A DNA stretch of 63,932 nucleotides, counting the filler. It is 21 parts of 21 records of this genome, joined end to end, with 100 filler letters (N's around TTAATTAATTAA, not from the genome) between each part and the next. Parts side by side here need not be neighbours in the genome. Positions count along the whole stretch, not along the records: positions 10,652 to 14,481 come from SRR36015646_10871; positions 14,582 to 18,278 come from SRR36015646_11022; positions 18,379 to 21,172 come from SRR36015646_11485; positions 21,273 to 23,613 come from SRR36015646_11605; 17 more parts are not named here. The stretch is one strand, 5' to 3'. Of the stretch, positions 10,552-21,937 are shown piece after piece. Within the stretch, counting starts at the first letter, position 1; each line of letters opens with the position of its first letter. Below the pieces are notes generated by a model. The model was not told the DNA's origin. It ran no database searches and worked only from the letters and a program-made list of their open reading frames with translations. The position numbers were made by a program, and so were the translations under genes.

Positions 10552-11966
10552 NNNNNNNNNNNNNNNNNNNNNNNNNNNNNNNNNNNNNNNNNNNNTTAAT
10601 TAATTAANNNNNNNNNNNNNNNNNNNNNNNNNNNNNNNNNNNNNNNNNNNNACCTAACATTAATATAACAATGAGCCAGGGGCAGTTTGATGTTCTGAAC
10701 TCGCAATCAGGTTTTTTTATAAGAGGAAACGTGTTGTTATAAAGAGTAGCTACAGTGCGTATATTTTTTGTAGCATTAAAACACTTGATAAAATGAGGTT
10801 GTGTAACAAGTGGACTGTATTAGATTATATTGGGTAATACACATGCCAAATATTGGATAAAACAGATTCCATATATTTGCAACATACGGAAAGAACAAGA
10901 ATATTAAAAAAGTGCATCAATTGATCTCAATGTGACCACCAGGCCCAGAAAAAACTAGTCATAAACTAGAAATATCACAGGAAAAACTACTTAGTCTTTA
11001 AAATATTATGACAGAATTAAAATGCTACGCCGGTACCAATTAAATGATGGTTTTTATTGATTCAAGAAGGAAGCACCGTTATATTAAGAAATGAGAAATC
11101 ATAGTAGTTAATTAAGAGGTAGAATAATATGACAAGCACACATAATGTCGGTACCAATTCCATTCAGTGCATTGACATGTCTACGATGTTTTCTCTTTTA
11201 GTTAAGAAGCATCAGAGAGTCTTCGTTTGTATCCATGAGGTTTAGGTGTTTCATTGGGATCAGCTGCTAGTGGAGGGGAGACGTATGGAGCAGTGATGTA
11301 ACTCTGCTACCCTGAAGACATGCCGGATTGTGGGTAATGTGAAGATTTATACGGGACTTCTATAAAGAGGAATAGCAAATGCAGGCCGGAGTGGAGTGGA
11401 TTTGGAGCCAATTGATGACATCTTACATGTAGGTGAGAAAATTCAGAATTGAATCAGACGAGCATGGTTTATTCCAAGTTGTACTGGGCCATTGTCCAGA
11501 GGAAGAACAAGTAGGATATGTATGTGGTATACGAGGCAGTGGAGACATACTGACAGCTGATTACACCATCTCCCGATGAATGGATAAAATAGGTCATACA
11601 TTGGTTCACTGGAAATTCATTCAGGTACAGGTAGTCTGCAGATAGAGAGTAATGCATTCACGTGCAGGGATGAGATGGAAAGAGCAGGGCGAAGATGATA
11701 CGGTAGATTACGGAGCCTCTTTTACAGAAAGAGTGCGGAGCGTAGACCTCAGGAAGAGACTGTACTTGGAACCTATTACATGTGTAAATTTGAGAGCTGC
11801 TATAAAAAAGACAAAGGCAGCCTGAACTAGACAGCAGATTTTAAAACGGAGAGGAAAAAACAAAAAGCTTAGCATGTCATCAATTTTTTCACTGTAAGAA
11901 CATGCAGAACTCAGTATTTGTACAGTTTTTGTTTACGGTACTTTTCACTTTTTTTGCTTTCAAATT

Positions 11967-14480
11967 TTACAAGCTCTTGAATTTTATCAATCGATCAAGT
12001 TTTTGCCTTTTTGTACGATCTGTTCTTTGATTGTTGAATTCGCGGACGGCATGCGCTTTTCTTAGACCCAAGAATAGTTTAACTATGGACTTGACTAGTA
12101 CGGTTACATGGTTAATAATAGACCCCGATGTTGCCGTCTCCACTGCGTGTGCTGTCAGTGAAAGAAAGAAACGAGAATCCCCTGCTACTTCATAGCACAG
12201 CACTTCCAGCTTCTGTAATTTAAACTGTTCTGTTTTCAAGTGCAGTCTCTTTAAGTCTAAGTAGGCATCAACAATTTTCTCAAATTGTTGTACAAGATGG
12301 CACAAGTTAGAGCTGGGACATGTTAGACCACCACGGTTTTTTATGTTTAGAAGTACAAGGTCTTCCGCGGGTGTGTCTTGAGGGTGTTGTAGTAAACTAC
12401 ACCGGCACTGATCACATGTTAGTGTAGGAATTAACTTGTGGGCAACATATCCGGCAATGTAATTAACAATATTCTTTTTATAGGTGCTAAGTTCATGGGA
12501 TTCAAAGATACCCTGACCAAGTTCAGAGTGAATGGTGACTTCATCAGGGTCGGATGTTTCAGGGTTGCTTTCCACCTGCACGAGCCCAGCTTCCTCGTCA
12601 AGGAGTGTTGCATTTCCATTTTTTGTGTGAACCCCTGCAGGGTTGCTTTCCACCTGCAGGAGCCCATCATGCTCGTCAAGGAGTGTTGAGTTGCCATTTT
12701 TTGTGCGAACCCCTGCACGTGTTAATAACGCACGGTACGCCGATCGGAATCCCATGGCCGTGGGGTTCGTGTTCGCACCCTGCGACTGCCTTACAGAGTT
12801 AAAAAACAGCTCGAGATGGTCTTGTGTGAAGCGATATGTATATATGCAGGACATTCCTTCACTCAACAGCTCCCTACACAAATCAATGGTGCTATTCATT
12901 GTTATTTGGAGACCTACAACACTCAGTCTTCGTGGTGTTTTGTGAGCATATGGTGTTTGGTGAGGTTTTTTCCCTTTACATTTGAGATTTGATAAGACAA
13001 TTTTTGCCCGATCAAATAAAGATTCGGCTTCGGCAATATTGGAATTACATATTGGGTATTTGTATCCATGTGTCATCACTGATCGAGAGTTCAGAACATC
13101 AAATACAGAGTTTATCAACCGACAAAATTCTTCGGTTGTTTCAGACCCCCCAAATGTCACAGGATCGACCTGTCGCATAAATGCAAGGGCATCTGCTGTT
13201 GAAGCACTGAAAATTTGCACAGCTAGTTTGACTTTCATGATTGTGTTTTTAAAATTTATATGACTATCAGATAGTTTGTTTGCAGCTTTTAACCCGGTTG
13301 ATACTTGTGTCTGATGCAGCTCCTCGAAAAACTTAAACTGTATAACCTCATCACCAAGAAAAAGACACTTGTTCTCAGATAAATTGTTACGTATTAGTTT
13401 AATCATGTGACATGTATCAAACATAACATAAATATCATGATTTACACCACTAACGGTTACTTTGTTACAGAGGTTGTGCACATCCATATTTAACCCCATA
13501 GTGTGTAATACTGCCTGGTTAGTTATACACCCATCACAAACTAAAACACGAACACTGACATTTATACTTTCTAATTTCTGAATGCATTTTGTTAAAAGAT
13601 CCAGAAGAATATCCTGTTTTATGTTCTTAACTAAGAAGTATGCAACCGGGATTTTCCAACGACCATTGATACCACATGCCATTAATACAAGGGCATCTGT
13701 TGCCTCTGGTATTTCATCACCCTGCTCACCACCATCACCTAAGTCAACAAACCCAAACATTTTATTTTCCTTGGGACTATACTGTACGTGTCTCTTAATC
13801 TTCATCTCGTCAAAAACAAGAGTACACTTATCATATATATGAGCATTATCAGATTTTAGATAGTTCTCCAACAACTCAATTGCTTCCTTTGTATAGCCTG
13901 GAGAACCATCTATTGTGCTGAGCCAATTTTGAATTGTCCTCTCACATGGCAGAGGAATTTTCATAACATTGCGGACATAGTTGTAGGCTTTTGACGAGTA
14001 ATAACGGAGTGTAACTGCAAGAACGCGCATTTCTGGAGAATAAGTGTTTGTGGATCTGCTGAATGCAGCCATGTCGACATTTTTAAAAATTTCAAATAAC
14101 ATTTTAGATTGATCATCAACAAATTTTAACTTTTCTAGTTCTTGTAAGACGTTCTCCATTTTTTGCGTTTGACGTGCATGGACTTTCCTTGCAGCATCTA
14201 GTTGATGTCGTAGCTTTTCCTCTCTATCTAATGCTTCATACAGGCGCTTCTTAATTGTTCTAGGTGACGGAATGGAATATGTATGATCTAAGGAACAGTA
14301 TGGATCAGGAACAGGTCTTTCAGGAACATCAAAGTCGTCTATTGTGTGATAACTTGGAAAAGAAACTGGATCGTCTATGTACTGGCAATTTGGAGGAGAA
14401 ACTGGCCTGTCTACATTCTGGCAACTTGGAGCAGGAACTGGATTGTCTACATACTGGCAACTTGCAGCAGGAACTGGATT
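11967..14480 (-). CDS. P-element (THAP9-like) transposase; frame open to the contig edge, N-terminus missing
   Basis: YYSSKAYNYVR, LPCERTI, LVFDEMKIK, WKIPVAYF, CDG, FDTCHMIKLIRN, MKVKLAVQIFS, FDVLNS, QDHLELFF, NYIAGYV. The frame continues 107 codons upstream of 14159 through a coiled coil and a DHTY motif. Confidence 0.93.
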   Translation of the reverse strand, partial: NPVPAASCQYVDNPVPAPSCQNVDRPVSPPNCQYIDDPVSFPSYHTIDDFDVPERPVPDPYCSLDHTYSIPSPRTIKKRLYEALDREEKLRHQLDAARKVHARQTQKMENVLQELEKLKFVDDQSKMLFEIFKNVDMAAFSRSTNTYSPEMRVLAVTLRYYSSKAYNYVRNVMKIPLPCERTIQNWLSTIDGSPGYTKEAIELLENYLKSDNAHIYDKCTLVFDEMKIKRHVQYSPKENKMFGFVDLGDGGEQGDEIPEATDALVLMACGINGRWKIPVAYFLVKNIKQDILLDLLTKCIQKLESINVSVRVLVCDGCITNQAVLHTMGLNMDVHNLCNKVTVSGVNHDIYVMFDTCHMIKLIRNNLSENKCLFLGDEVIQFKFFEELHQTQVSTGLKAANKLSDSHINFKNTIMKVKLAVQIFSASTADALAFMRQVDPVTFGGSETTEEFCRLINSVFDVLNSRSVMTHGYKYPICNSNIAEAESLFDRAKIVLSNLKCKGKKPHQTPYAHKTPRRLSVVGLQITMNSTIDLCRELLSEGMSCIYTYRFTQDHLELFFNSVRQSQGANTNPTAMGFRSAYRALLTRAGVRTKNGNSTLLDEHDGLLQVESNPAGVHTKNGNATLLDEEAGLVQVESNPETSDPDEVTIHSELGQGIFESHELSTYKKNIVNYIAGYVAHKLIPTLTCDQCRCSLLQHPQDTPAEDLVLLNIKNRGGLTCPSSNLCHLVQQFEKIVDAYLDLKRLHLKTEQFKLQKLEVLCYEVAGDSRFFLSLTAHAVETATSGSIINHVTVLVKSIVKLFLGLRKAHAVREFNNQRTDRTKRQKLDRLIKFKSL

Positions 14481-14481
14481 G
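14345..14481. repeat. 36-bp coding tandem repeat (about 4 copies visible, runs into the contig end)
   Basis: GAACTGGATTGTCTACATACTGGCAACTTG(G/C)AGCAG units; they encode NPVPAPSCQxVD in the transposase frame. Confidence 0.85.
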
Positions 14482-14581
14482 NNNNNNNNNNNNNNNNNNN
14501 NNNNNNNNNNNNNNNNNNNNNNNNNTTAATTAATTAANNNNNNNNNNNNNNNNNNNNNNNNNNNNNNNNNNNNNNNNNNNN

Positions 14582-15131
14582 CGAAACAACCGAGACAGGA
14601 CGTGCACCTGCTGTGGATACTGTGGCGTCGGGCGACGAGACAGTCCCTACCGTGTCAGGGGACGACGTGCCATCGCGGGGTGCAGACAGCGTGCCAGATG
14701 CCAAAAACGACTGTCCAGCTGAAGCACCGTTATCCGTGCCTTCCCAAACCACGTGCAAGGTATCCGAGGCCAGTGACATAAAATTGGCGCAAAAACGCAA
14801 AAAGGTGAGCACTTCCAGTTCTACCGCTAGCCCAGATGCTAAGAGATCGTGTGACAATGAGTTTGTCAATGTGTTTGTCGGTGAGGCCTCCACTTCAGGA
14901 TGGGCAAATGACAACGTGCCCTGGGCAAATGACGACGAGCCAGTGGGTGTGAACCCTGGAGACGTGCCTTCCATGGATACGGTACCAGTAGAGGAGCAGC
15001 AAACTCCAGGTGACCACATTAACAATGTTGACACTATCAAAACACTACGTGTAGGTGAAAATGATAATTTAGAATGTGTACAAAATGAAATAGACAGAGC
15101 AGTGGCTAGCATTGTGAATCAAAGCTTCTAA
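14582..15131 (+). CDS. LINE ORF1, C-terminal low-complexity part (5'-truncated)
   Basis: Asp/Ser/Val-rich ORF whose TAA overlaps the ORF2 ATG (TAATG at 15129-15133). Confidence 0.7.
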
Positions 15132-18100
15132 TGTGTTGTGTGATACATTCCCTTTACATAATTATGCATACCAAAATGTTTGTGAACTTAATTTTAGTTG
15201 TAACTATTACGAACCTCAGCATGAACTTTGTCTCACTAAACGTTAGAGGCTTAAAAGGCAAAATTAACCATGTTTCCCAATATTTACATGAGCTGAAGGC
15301 CTCCGTTGTAATGCTTCAAGAAGTGCACTTACTATCAAAAAATGAGTTGAGTCAATGGGAAAAATGCTTTGGTAACTGTAATTATTTCAGCTATGTTGAT
15401 AATTGCACTGCTGGTGTATGCATAGCTTTCAACACCAGGCATTTCTCTGATCTTGCGATCACTAATACTATTGAGCATGTGAATGGCAGGTGTATTGAAG
15501 TTGAATGCACCATTGATAAAGTCGCATATCTATTTGTCAATATATATTCTCCAAATGAGCCTGCGGAGCGGTTAGCCTTTTATAATGTAGTAAAAGAAAA
15601 ACTAGCCGGCAAAGGAAACAATTTAAATGATTTAAGGTTGATCATCGGTGGTGACTACAACATGGTTTATGATCAGCTTGATAAGAAAAATGTGTTGAAT
15701 CATTATTCTTTATCAGGCTCTATTGACTGGTTATCTACAACACATTCTCTGAATTTAACTGACATATGGCGTAACTTAAACAAAAATGTTCAAAAATTCA
15801 GTTGGCGTAATCATGCATCAAGCTCTAGAATAGATCGTATTTACATGTCCAGTAACTTACTTAGGTTTGTTTCTAATGTTAACTACGAGAGTTGCTATTT
15901 TTCTGATCATGATGCAATTGTTACTAATGTCATAAATTCTGCAAATCGGACAAGAGGAAAAGGCCTCTGGAAGTGTAATGTTTCAATTTTGACAAACGAT
16001 AGTACAAAAGCCAAAATAAAACATTTCATAAGTAGGTGGACCGAGAAAAAGTGGACCGCATCAGACCCTCTAAGATGGTGGGATAGATGTAAGCAAAAAA
16101 TTAAGCACATATTGATTGCCGAATCTGTAACTTTTGCCAAGCGCAGTAAAGAACTGGAAAATAAATTTGCAAATGATTTGGCTGCAAAAATGTTAGCATT
16201 TGATAATGGGAGTAATGATGTTACATTTGGTGATATTCAGGCTATCAAACTTGAGCTAGAAAAACTTGCTGAAAGCAAAATTAATGCTGACATAGTCAGA
16301 TCACGATGCAGTTACTTCGAAAATGGCGAAACTGATGCAAAATTTTTCAGCCTGCAGGAAAAATTGAATCAAAAACGCAAAGAAATCACTTGCCTCTATG
16401 ACGCCAATAAACAGTTGAAAACAGACCAATCTGATATTAAGAATGTTGTGTATGAATTTTATTCTGACTTATATAAAAGTGAAGGTACAGATCATTTTCA
16501 TCAAAAAACATACCTAGAATGTATTACCAATGTTCTTGGTGAAAATGACCGCAAAATTTGTGATGGTTTACTCACCAAAGACGAATGTTTGCTAGCCCTG
16601 CAACAGATGGAAAATAACAAAGCCCCGGGCAACGACGGATTGCCAAAGGAATTTTATATTGCATTTTGGGATGACATTGGTGATCATTTAGTGGAAAGCC
16701 TAAATAATGCATATTTTGCCGGTTCCCTATCTGACACACAAAAGCTTGCCATATTATCACTGTTATTTAAGAAAAATGATCACAGGCTGCTAGGTAATTA
16801 CCGCTCGCTATCTTTGTTAAATATCGATTACAAGATAATTGCAAAAGCTCTAGCAAACAGGTTGCGCACGGTTATACATAAGTTAGTTCACCATGACCAA
16901 ACTTGTGGAATCCCCGGACGGAGTATTTTTGACAATTTGTATTTAGTACAGTCGTTACAATTATATGCAAATCAGAAAAACATGAACGGTGCAATACTTT
17001 GCATAGACAACGAGAAAGCTTTTGATAGGATTGAACACGATTGGTTGTTAAAGGTGTTGCAGAAATTTGGTTTCGGCGATAGCTTTCGTCGTTGGATCAA
17101 AATTATGTACAGTGACATTAGTTCTCAGGTGTTAATAAATGGTGAATTAACTGATGTAATTTCGATTAGTCGTTCAGTGCGTCAAGGTTGCCCTTTATCG
17201 ATGCTTTTATATATTCTGTGCTCTGAGCCCTTAGACGCATTTATCAGAAAGGACACAGACATAAAAGGGATGAAATTACCTAACAATACAGAAGTAAAAT
17301 TATCGTCTTACGCAGATGACAAAACTGCCTTTGTCAGTACGGAAGCTTCAGTAACTAAGTTAATGTCAGTTCTAGATAACTTTCAGCTAGCTTCTGGTTG
17401 CAAGCAAAACTGCGATAAAACTGAAGCACTATTACTAGGTAACTGGAATGAAAACCGTCACTTGGTCACTATTAGGCAATGGTCCAAAAAGTATGTTAAA
17501 ATTTTGGGTGTAATTTTTGGTCATGGGGATTGTACAAATTTAACCTTAGACCCCATTGTTAAGAAAATAAAGAGCAAATTTGACTTTTGGCGACTGCGCA
17601 ACCTGTCTTACAGAGCTAAAGCAACCATCATAAACGTCTTTGGTTTGAGTAAGCTATGGTACGTTTCGAGGGTAATACCCATCCCACCCTCATATGTGAA
17701 GGTAATTAACAGTATGGTGTTCAGTTTTTTATGGAACATTCCTGTGGAGCCTATAAAGCGATCAATTCTTACTCTCCCCATTGACAAAGGTGGTATGAAC
17801 ATGATTGATGTAGAAATGAAAGTTGAATCAATGTTGGCTCTAAGGGTACCTGCTCTGTTATGCACAAGTCACCCTTGGAAACAATTAGGTATATACTGGC
17901 TGGGTTTCAGTCTGAGACGCATTAATCCGGACTTTGCATCCAATAATTATTTGCACTCTGAAACCACACCCAGTATATATAAGGCTATTAGATCTATACA
18001 TGACAAAATTGCTAGGTTGGATAATATGTTGTCGTGGTTTAAGGTAACTCTTAAGAAACTGTATCGTACATTGCTAAATGACAGACACAGAAATGCCAAG

Positions 18101-18278
18101 CCCGCCATTGAACTCACTTTTCCCAACTTTGATTGGGCCACTATATGGTGTACATTAAACGCAAAATACCTTGAGAGTAAACAAAAGGATCTCTGCTATA
18201 TGGCAGCAAATAACCGGTTACATACGGGCGACCGTAGGCAGAGGCACGGAGTTATCAGAAATTCTCACGGTCACCGGT
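15131..18278 (+). CDS. L1/Tx1-like LINE ORF2 (APE-RT), 3'-truncated just before the C-terminal zinc finger
   Basis: SLNVRGL, LQEVH, GGDYN, SRIDRIY, SDH; KAPGNDGL, DNEKAFDRI, RQGCPLS, YADD. Confidence 0.96.
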
Positions 18279-18378
18279 NNNNNNNNNNNNNNNNNNNNNN
18301 NNNNNNNNNNNNNNNNNNNNNNTTAATTAATTAANNNNNNNNNNNNNNNNNNNNNNNNNNNNNNNNNNNNNNNNNNNN

Positions 18379-18557
18379 TATTTACAAGTATGTTTCACAT
18401 TAGTGATACCAATTCATTTATGTTGTAGATATCAACTGTAGATGTCAAGCAATCAGAGTGACCGGTGGGGTTTAGTCATATCAGCAATAAACCATTTACG
18501 TTTTATATGGTTATACGCGGCATTGGATTATATGTACACTAGGGTTCCAGCAACACA
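18379..18557 (+). repeat. Probable 3' part of a 5' LTR
   Basis: AATAAA at 18486 and a ...CAACACA end a few nt before a PBS. The second LTR is not in the contig, so the limits cannot be verified. Confidence 0.5.
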
Positions 18558-18564
18558 ATAATAT

Positions 18565-18576
18565 TGGTATCAGAGG
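18565..18576 (+). promoter_or_regulatory. Primer-binding site complementary to the 3' end of initiator tRNA-Met
   Basis: TGGTATCAGAGG, 27 nt upstream of the gag ATG at 18603. Confidence 0.8.
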
Positions 18577-18602
18577 GACCGATCATTGAGAACGAGTACA
18601 TC

Positions 18603-21172
18603 ATGGCTACAACCGATAAAGAAGAGAAGACCGAGAAACTAACCCCACCGGTATGGAAGCCAGACGTCATGCCATACGCTGACTGGAGGTTCCACGTGGA
18701 CTTATGGGTGCAAGCATGCGATATGCGGAAGAAGCCAAAAGAGGAGCGGGGATATATCTTGTTCGAGAAGCTGAGGAATGTCACAGAGAAAGGTGTGGCG
18801 AAAAAACTGACGATTGCGCTCCAAAGTGGCGACATAAAGTTATTCCAGGAAGATGGCGTTAAGCAAATACTGGACATGTTGGACAAAACGTTCAAAAAGG
18901 AGGACCTAAGCGTATTAGCACAAAACTGGGGATCATTTATCAGGATGAACAGGAATGCATCTGATAAAATGGATGACTTCATTAACAATTACGAAGAAAA
19001 AGTTGCAGAATTGAAGCGCGACGGAGTAACATTGCCGGAGGTCGTATACGCAATGCAAATGCTGGAAGCTACAGGCCTAACCGAGGGAGAAAAACAGATT
19101 ATTCTAACCGGAGTCGACTATTCGAAAAAAGAAGATGTGTATGATGATATGAAGAAGTCGCTTCGTAAATTCTATGGTGATCAAATCGTGAAAACTGGAC
19201 CAGTCGACTACTCTGAAGATGTAAACTACACATATTATGGTGGAAGAGGTCGACGTGGATACAATGTGCGAGGGCAAGGGTTTTGGAGAGGTAATCAACG
19301 CGGACGTGGCAACGAGCGAGGATTCTGGAAAGGTGATCAGCGTGGACGGGGAAGTGGACGTACGGCTGAACGAGCAAATCCGACAGATTCGCAAGGAAAT
19401 ACTATGAGATGTCGAATATGCGATTCAAAGATGCATTTCCAGAGAGGCTGTCCACATGCATATGTAAATTCAAACAAGGCATCAACCAACGAATGCAAGG
19501 AGGTAGAAGACGTCCAAGCATGCTCAATATACGACGTAGATGAACATGTGCTCATGGCAGAAGCAGCATACGGAGCAGTTCTAGATAGCGCTTGCACGAA
19601 AAATGTGGCAGGAAAAATGTGGATAGAAGCATACATCGACTCATTGCCAGAAAACGAGCAAAACTTAGTAAGAAGAGAACAGGGCGGAACAAAGTTTAAA
19701 TTTGGGGGATCGGCCCCAGTAACCTCTGCAGAGAAGATAGAAATACCATGCACACTCACAGGAAAGAAAACGACAATCACAACTGACGTAGTGGATCGTA
19801 ACATTCCACTTCTGTTGTCAAAGCAAGAAATGAAGAAGAGGGGTTTTAAGCTAAATATGGAGAATGATACGCTCGAAACGGATGGTGAAATATTCGATCT
19901 AGAAACAACATCGTCTGGCCACTATCGACTGAAGCTAAAAGAGGAAGAAGTAAATCTGGCCGTAAATGGGAACACGTATGCAGAAAAAGAGAAAGTAGTA
20001 GTGAAGCTCCACAAACAATTTGCACATCCTTCCGGTGAGGCATTAAAGGGATTATTAAAAAATGCCGAAGTTTTGGATAAGGACTATAAAGGTTTAATCG
20101 ACAAAGTCAGTAGTGCATGCAACATATGCAAAATGTACAGGCGTAGGCCATCTACTCCAGTAGTTTGTTTGCCGTTAGCAAACCGATTCAATGAAACTGT
20201 CGCAATGGACCTCAAACCATTTCGAGGTGGACATTTTATCCATTTCATCGATCTGTACACAAGATTATGCAAGAGCAAGTATATCCAGAACAAGCTTCCA
20301 AAGACAATTGTAGACAGCGTGGCCACGGTTTGGATAGCAGCAGGACTTGGTGCACCTGAAAAGTTTCTCGTGGATAACGGAGGGGAGTTCAATAATGATG
20401 AGTACAGGGAACTGGCCGAACAATTCAACGTGTCAATATGCACCACAGCCGCAGAGTCGCCATGGTCGAACGGGATTTGTGAAAGAAACCATGCGGTAAT
20501 CGACACCTGCGTAGAAAAGATGTTAGAAGAAGAGCCTAACACGAGGTTAGAGGTGGCTCTAGCATGGAGCGTAAATGCAAAGAACTGCATGTTAAATCAC
20601 AACGGTTTTTCTCCAGTACAGCTTGTGACGGGAGTCATGCCAAACTTGCCATCGGTTTTGGTGAATAAACCACCAGCAAATGAGAGCCCCGAGAAAAGCA
20701 ATGCAGTGCTAAACCAGCTGACAGCAATGCATGCAGCACGTCGTGCATTTACCGCAGCAGAGTCATCTGAGCGCATTAAACGAGCACTAAAACATCCTAT
20801 CAGGGCACGGCAGGAAAAATATGGGAACGGAGATAAAGTGTATTACAGGAGAGAAGGTTGCAAACGTTGGAGAGGACCAGGTCGAGTTATTGGTCAAGAC
20901 GGAAAAATTGTGTATGTTCGCCATGGGTCACAGATTGTCCGCGTATCTGTTTGCAGAATTCAGAAAATAAACGAACATACAACCGATAATGAGCAAAATG
21001 ACATGGCCTCAAATACTGCGCCCAGAGATGACATGCGAACAAAACATAACAAACAAGCTGAGAAAGACCATACAACTGAGAGTAAGGAAGACTCGGATGA
21101 TTCAGACGAAGAAGATACTAATAGCTTTACGAGAGAAAGAAATGAACCGGCACAAGTGAACCCAGAAGATCG
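18603..21172 (+). CDS. Ty1/Copia (GalEa-like) gag-protease-integrase polyprotein, truncated before RT
   Basis: RGG-rich stretch; CRICDSKMHFQRGC knuckle; protease AVLDSACTKNVAG; integrase HKQFAH..CNIC, AMDL..VDNGGEF..SNGICER. Integrase directly after protease is the Copia domain order. Confidence 0.9.
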
Positions 21173-21274
21173 NNNNNNNNNNNNNNNNNNNNNNNNNNNN
21201 NNNNNNNNNNNNNNNNTTAATTAATTAANNNNNNNNNNNNNNNNNNNNNNNNNNNNNNNNNNNNNNNNNNNNCA

Positions 21275-21937
21275 GTAGCAGGCCTCCTTAACTTCTGTTG
21301 CAGAGTAGTGGTTCCAGGTAGAGCATTTTTACGCAGATTGTACGAGGCAATGTCAGGTGTTACGAAACCACATCATCGCATTAGGGTGACAAATGAAATC
21401 AAAGAGGATTTAATTATGTGGCAAAAATTCTTAGACAGGCATAATGGGAAGTCTATGTTTCTCGAACAACGTTGGGTATGGGCTTCTGCTTTACACCTGT
21501 ACACGGATGCTGCAGGTGCATTTGGTTGTGGCGGAATTTTGGGGAGTCAGTGGTTTGTTGGTGAATGGCCTGATAGCTGGAAAACTTTGAATATAACATT
21601 GTTAGAGTTCTACCCTATTTTGGTGGCAGTACATATTTGGGGGACAACACTATCGAATAGATGTATTGTATTACACACCGATAATGAAGCATTAGTGTCA
21701 ATTATAAACAAGCAATCCTCTCGCGAAAAGTTGGTTATGAAAATGATGAGAATGTTTGTTTTATGCTGTCTCGAAAATAATGTATGTTTTAAAGCAGAAT
21801 TTATACGGGGCTCCACAAATGTATTATCGGATGCTATTTCTCGATTTCAGCTCAATCGATTCCGACATTTGGCACCATGGGCAGATCAAATGCCACAGGA
21901 AATACCACAAGGACTAAGGCCAATAAATATTTTCTAG
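21275..21937 (+). CDS. Ngaro/DIRS-type retroelement RT C-terminus plus RNase H (5'-truncated)
   Basis: PGRAFLRRL, LYTDAAG, ITLLEFYPI, HTDNEA, NVLSDAISR; no methyltransferase follows. Confidence 0.93.
   Translation, partial: VAGLLNFCCRVVVPGRAFLRRLYEAMSGVTKPHHRIRVTNEIKEDLIMWQKFLDRHNGKSMFLEQRWVWASALHLYTDAAGAFGCGGILGSQWFVGEWPDSWKTLNITLLEFYPILVAVHIWGTTLSNRCIVLHTDNEALVSIINKQSSREKLVMKMMRMFVLCCLENNVCFKAEFIRGSTNVLSDAISRFQLNRFRHLAPWADQMPQEIPQGLRPINIF

Noticed and set aside
11340-11830. Purine-rich stretch with a roughly 160-codon plus frame broken by four stops
   Set aside because: Might be a decayed coding sequence, but I recognise no motif and cannot support a call.
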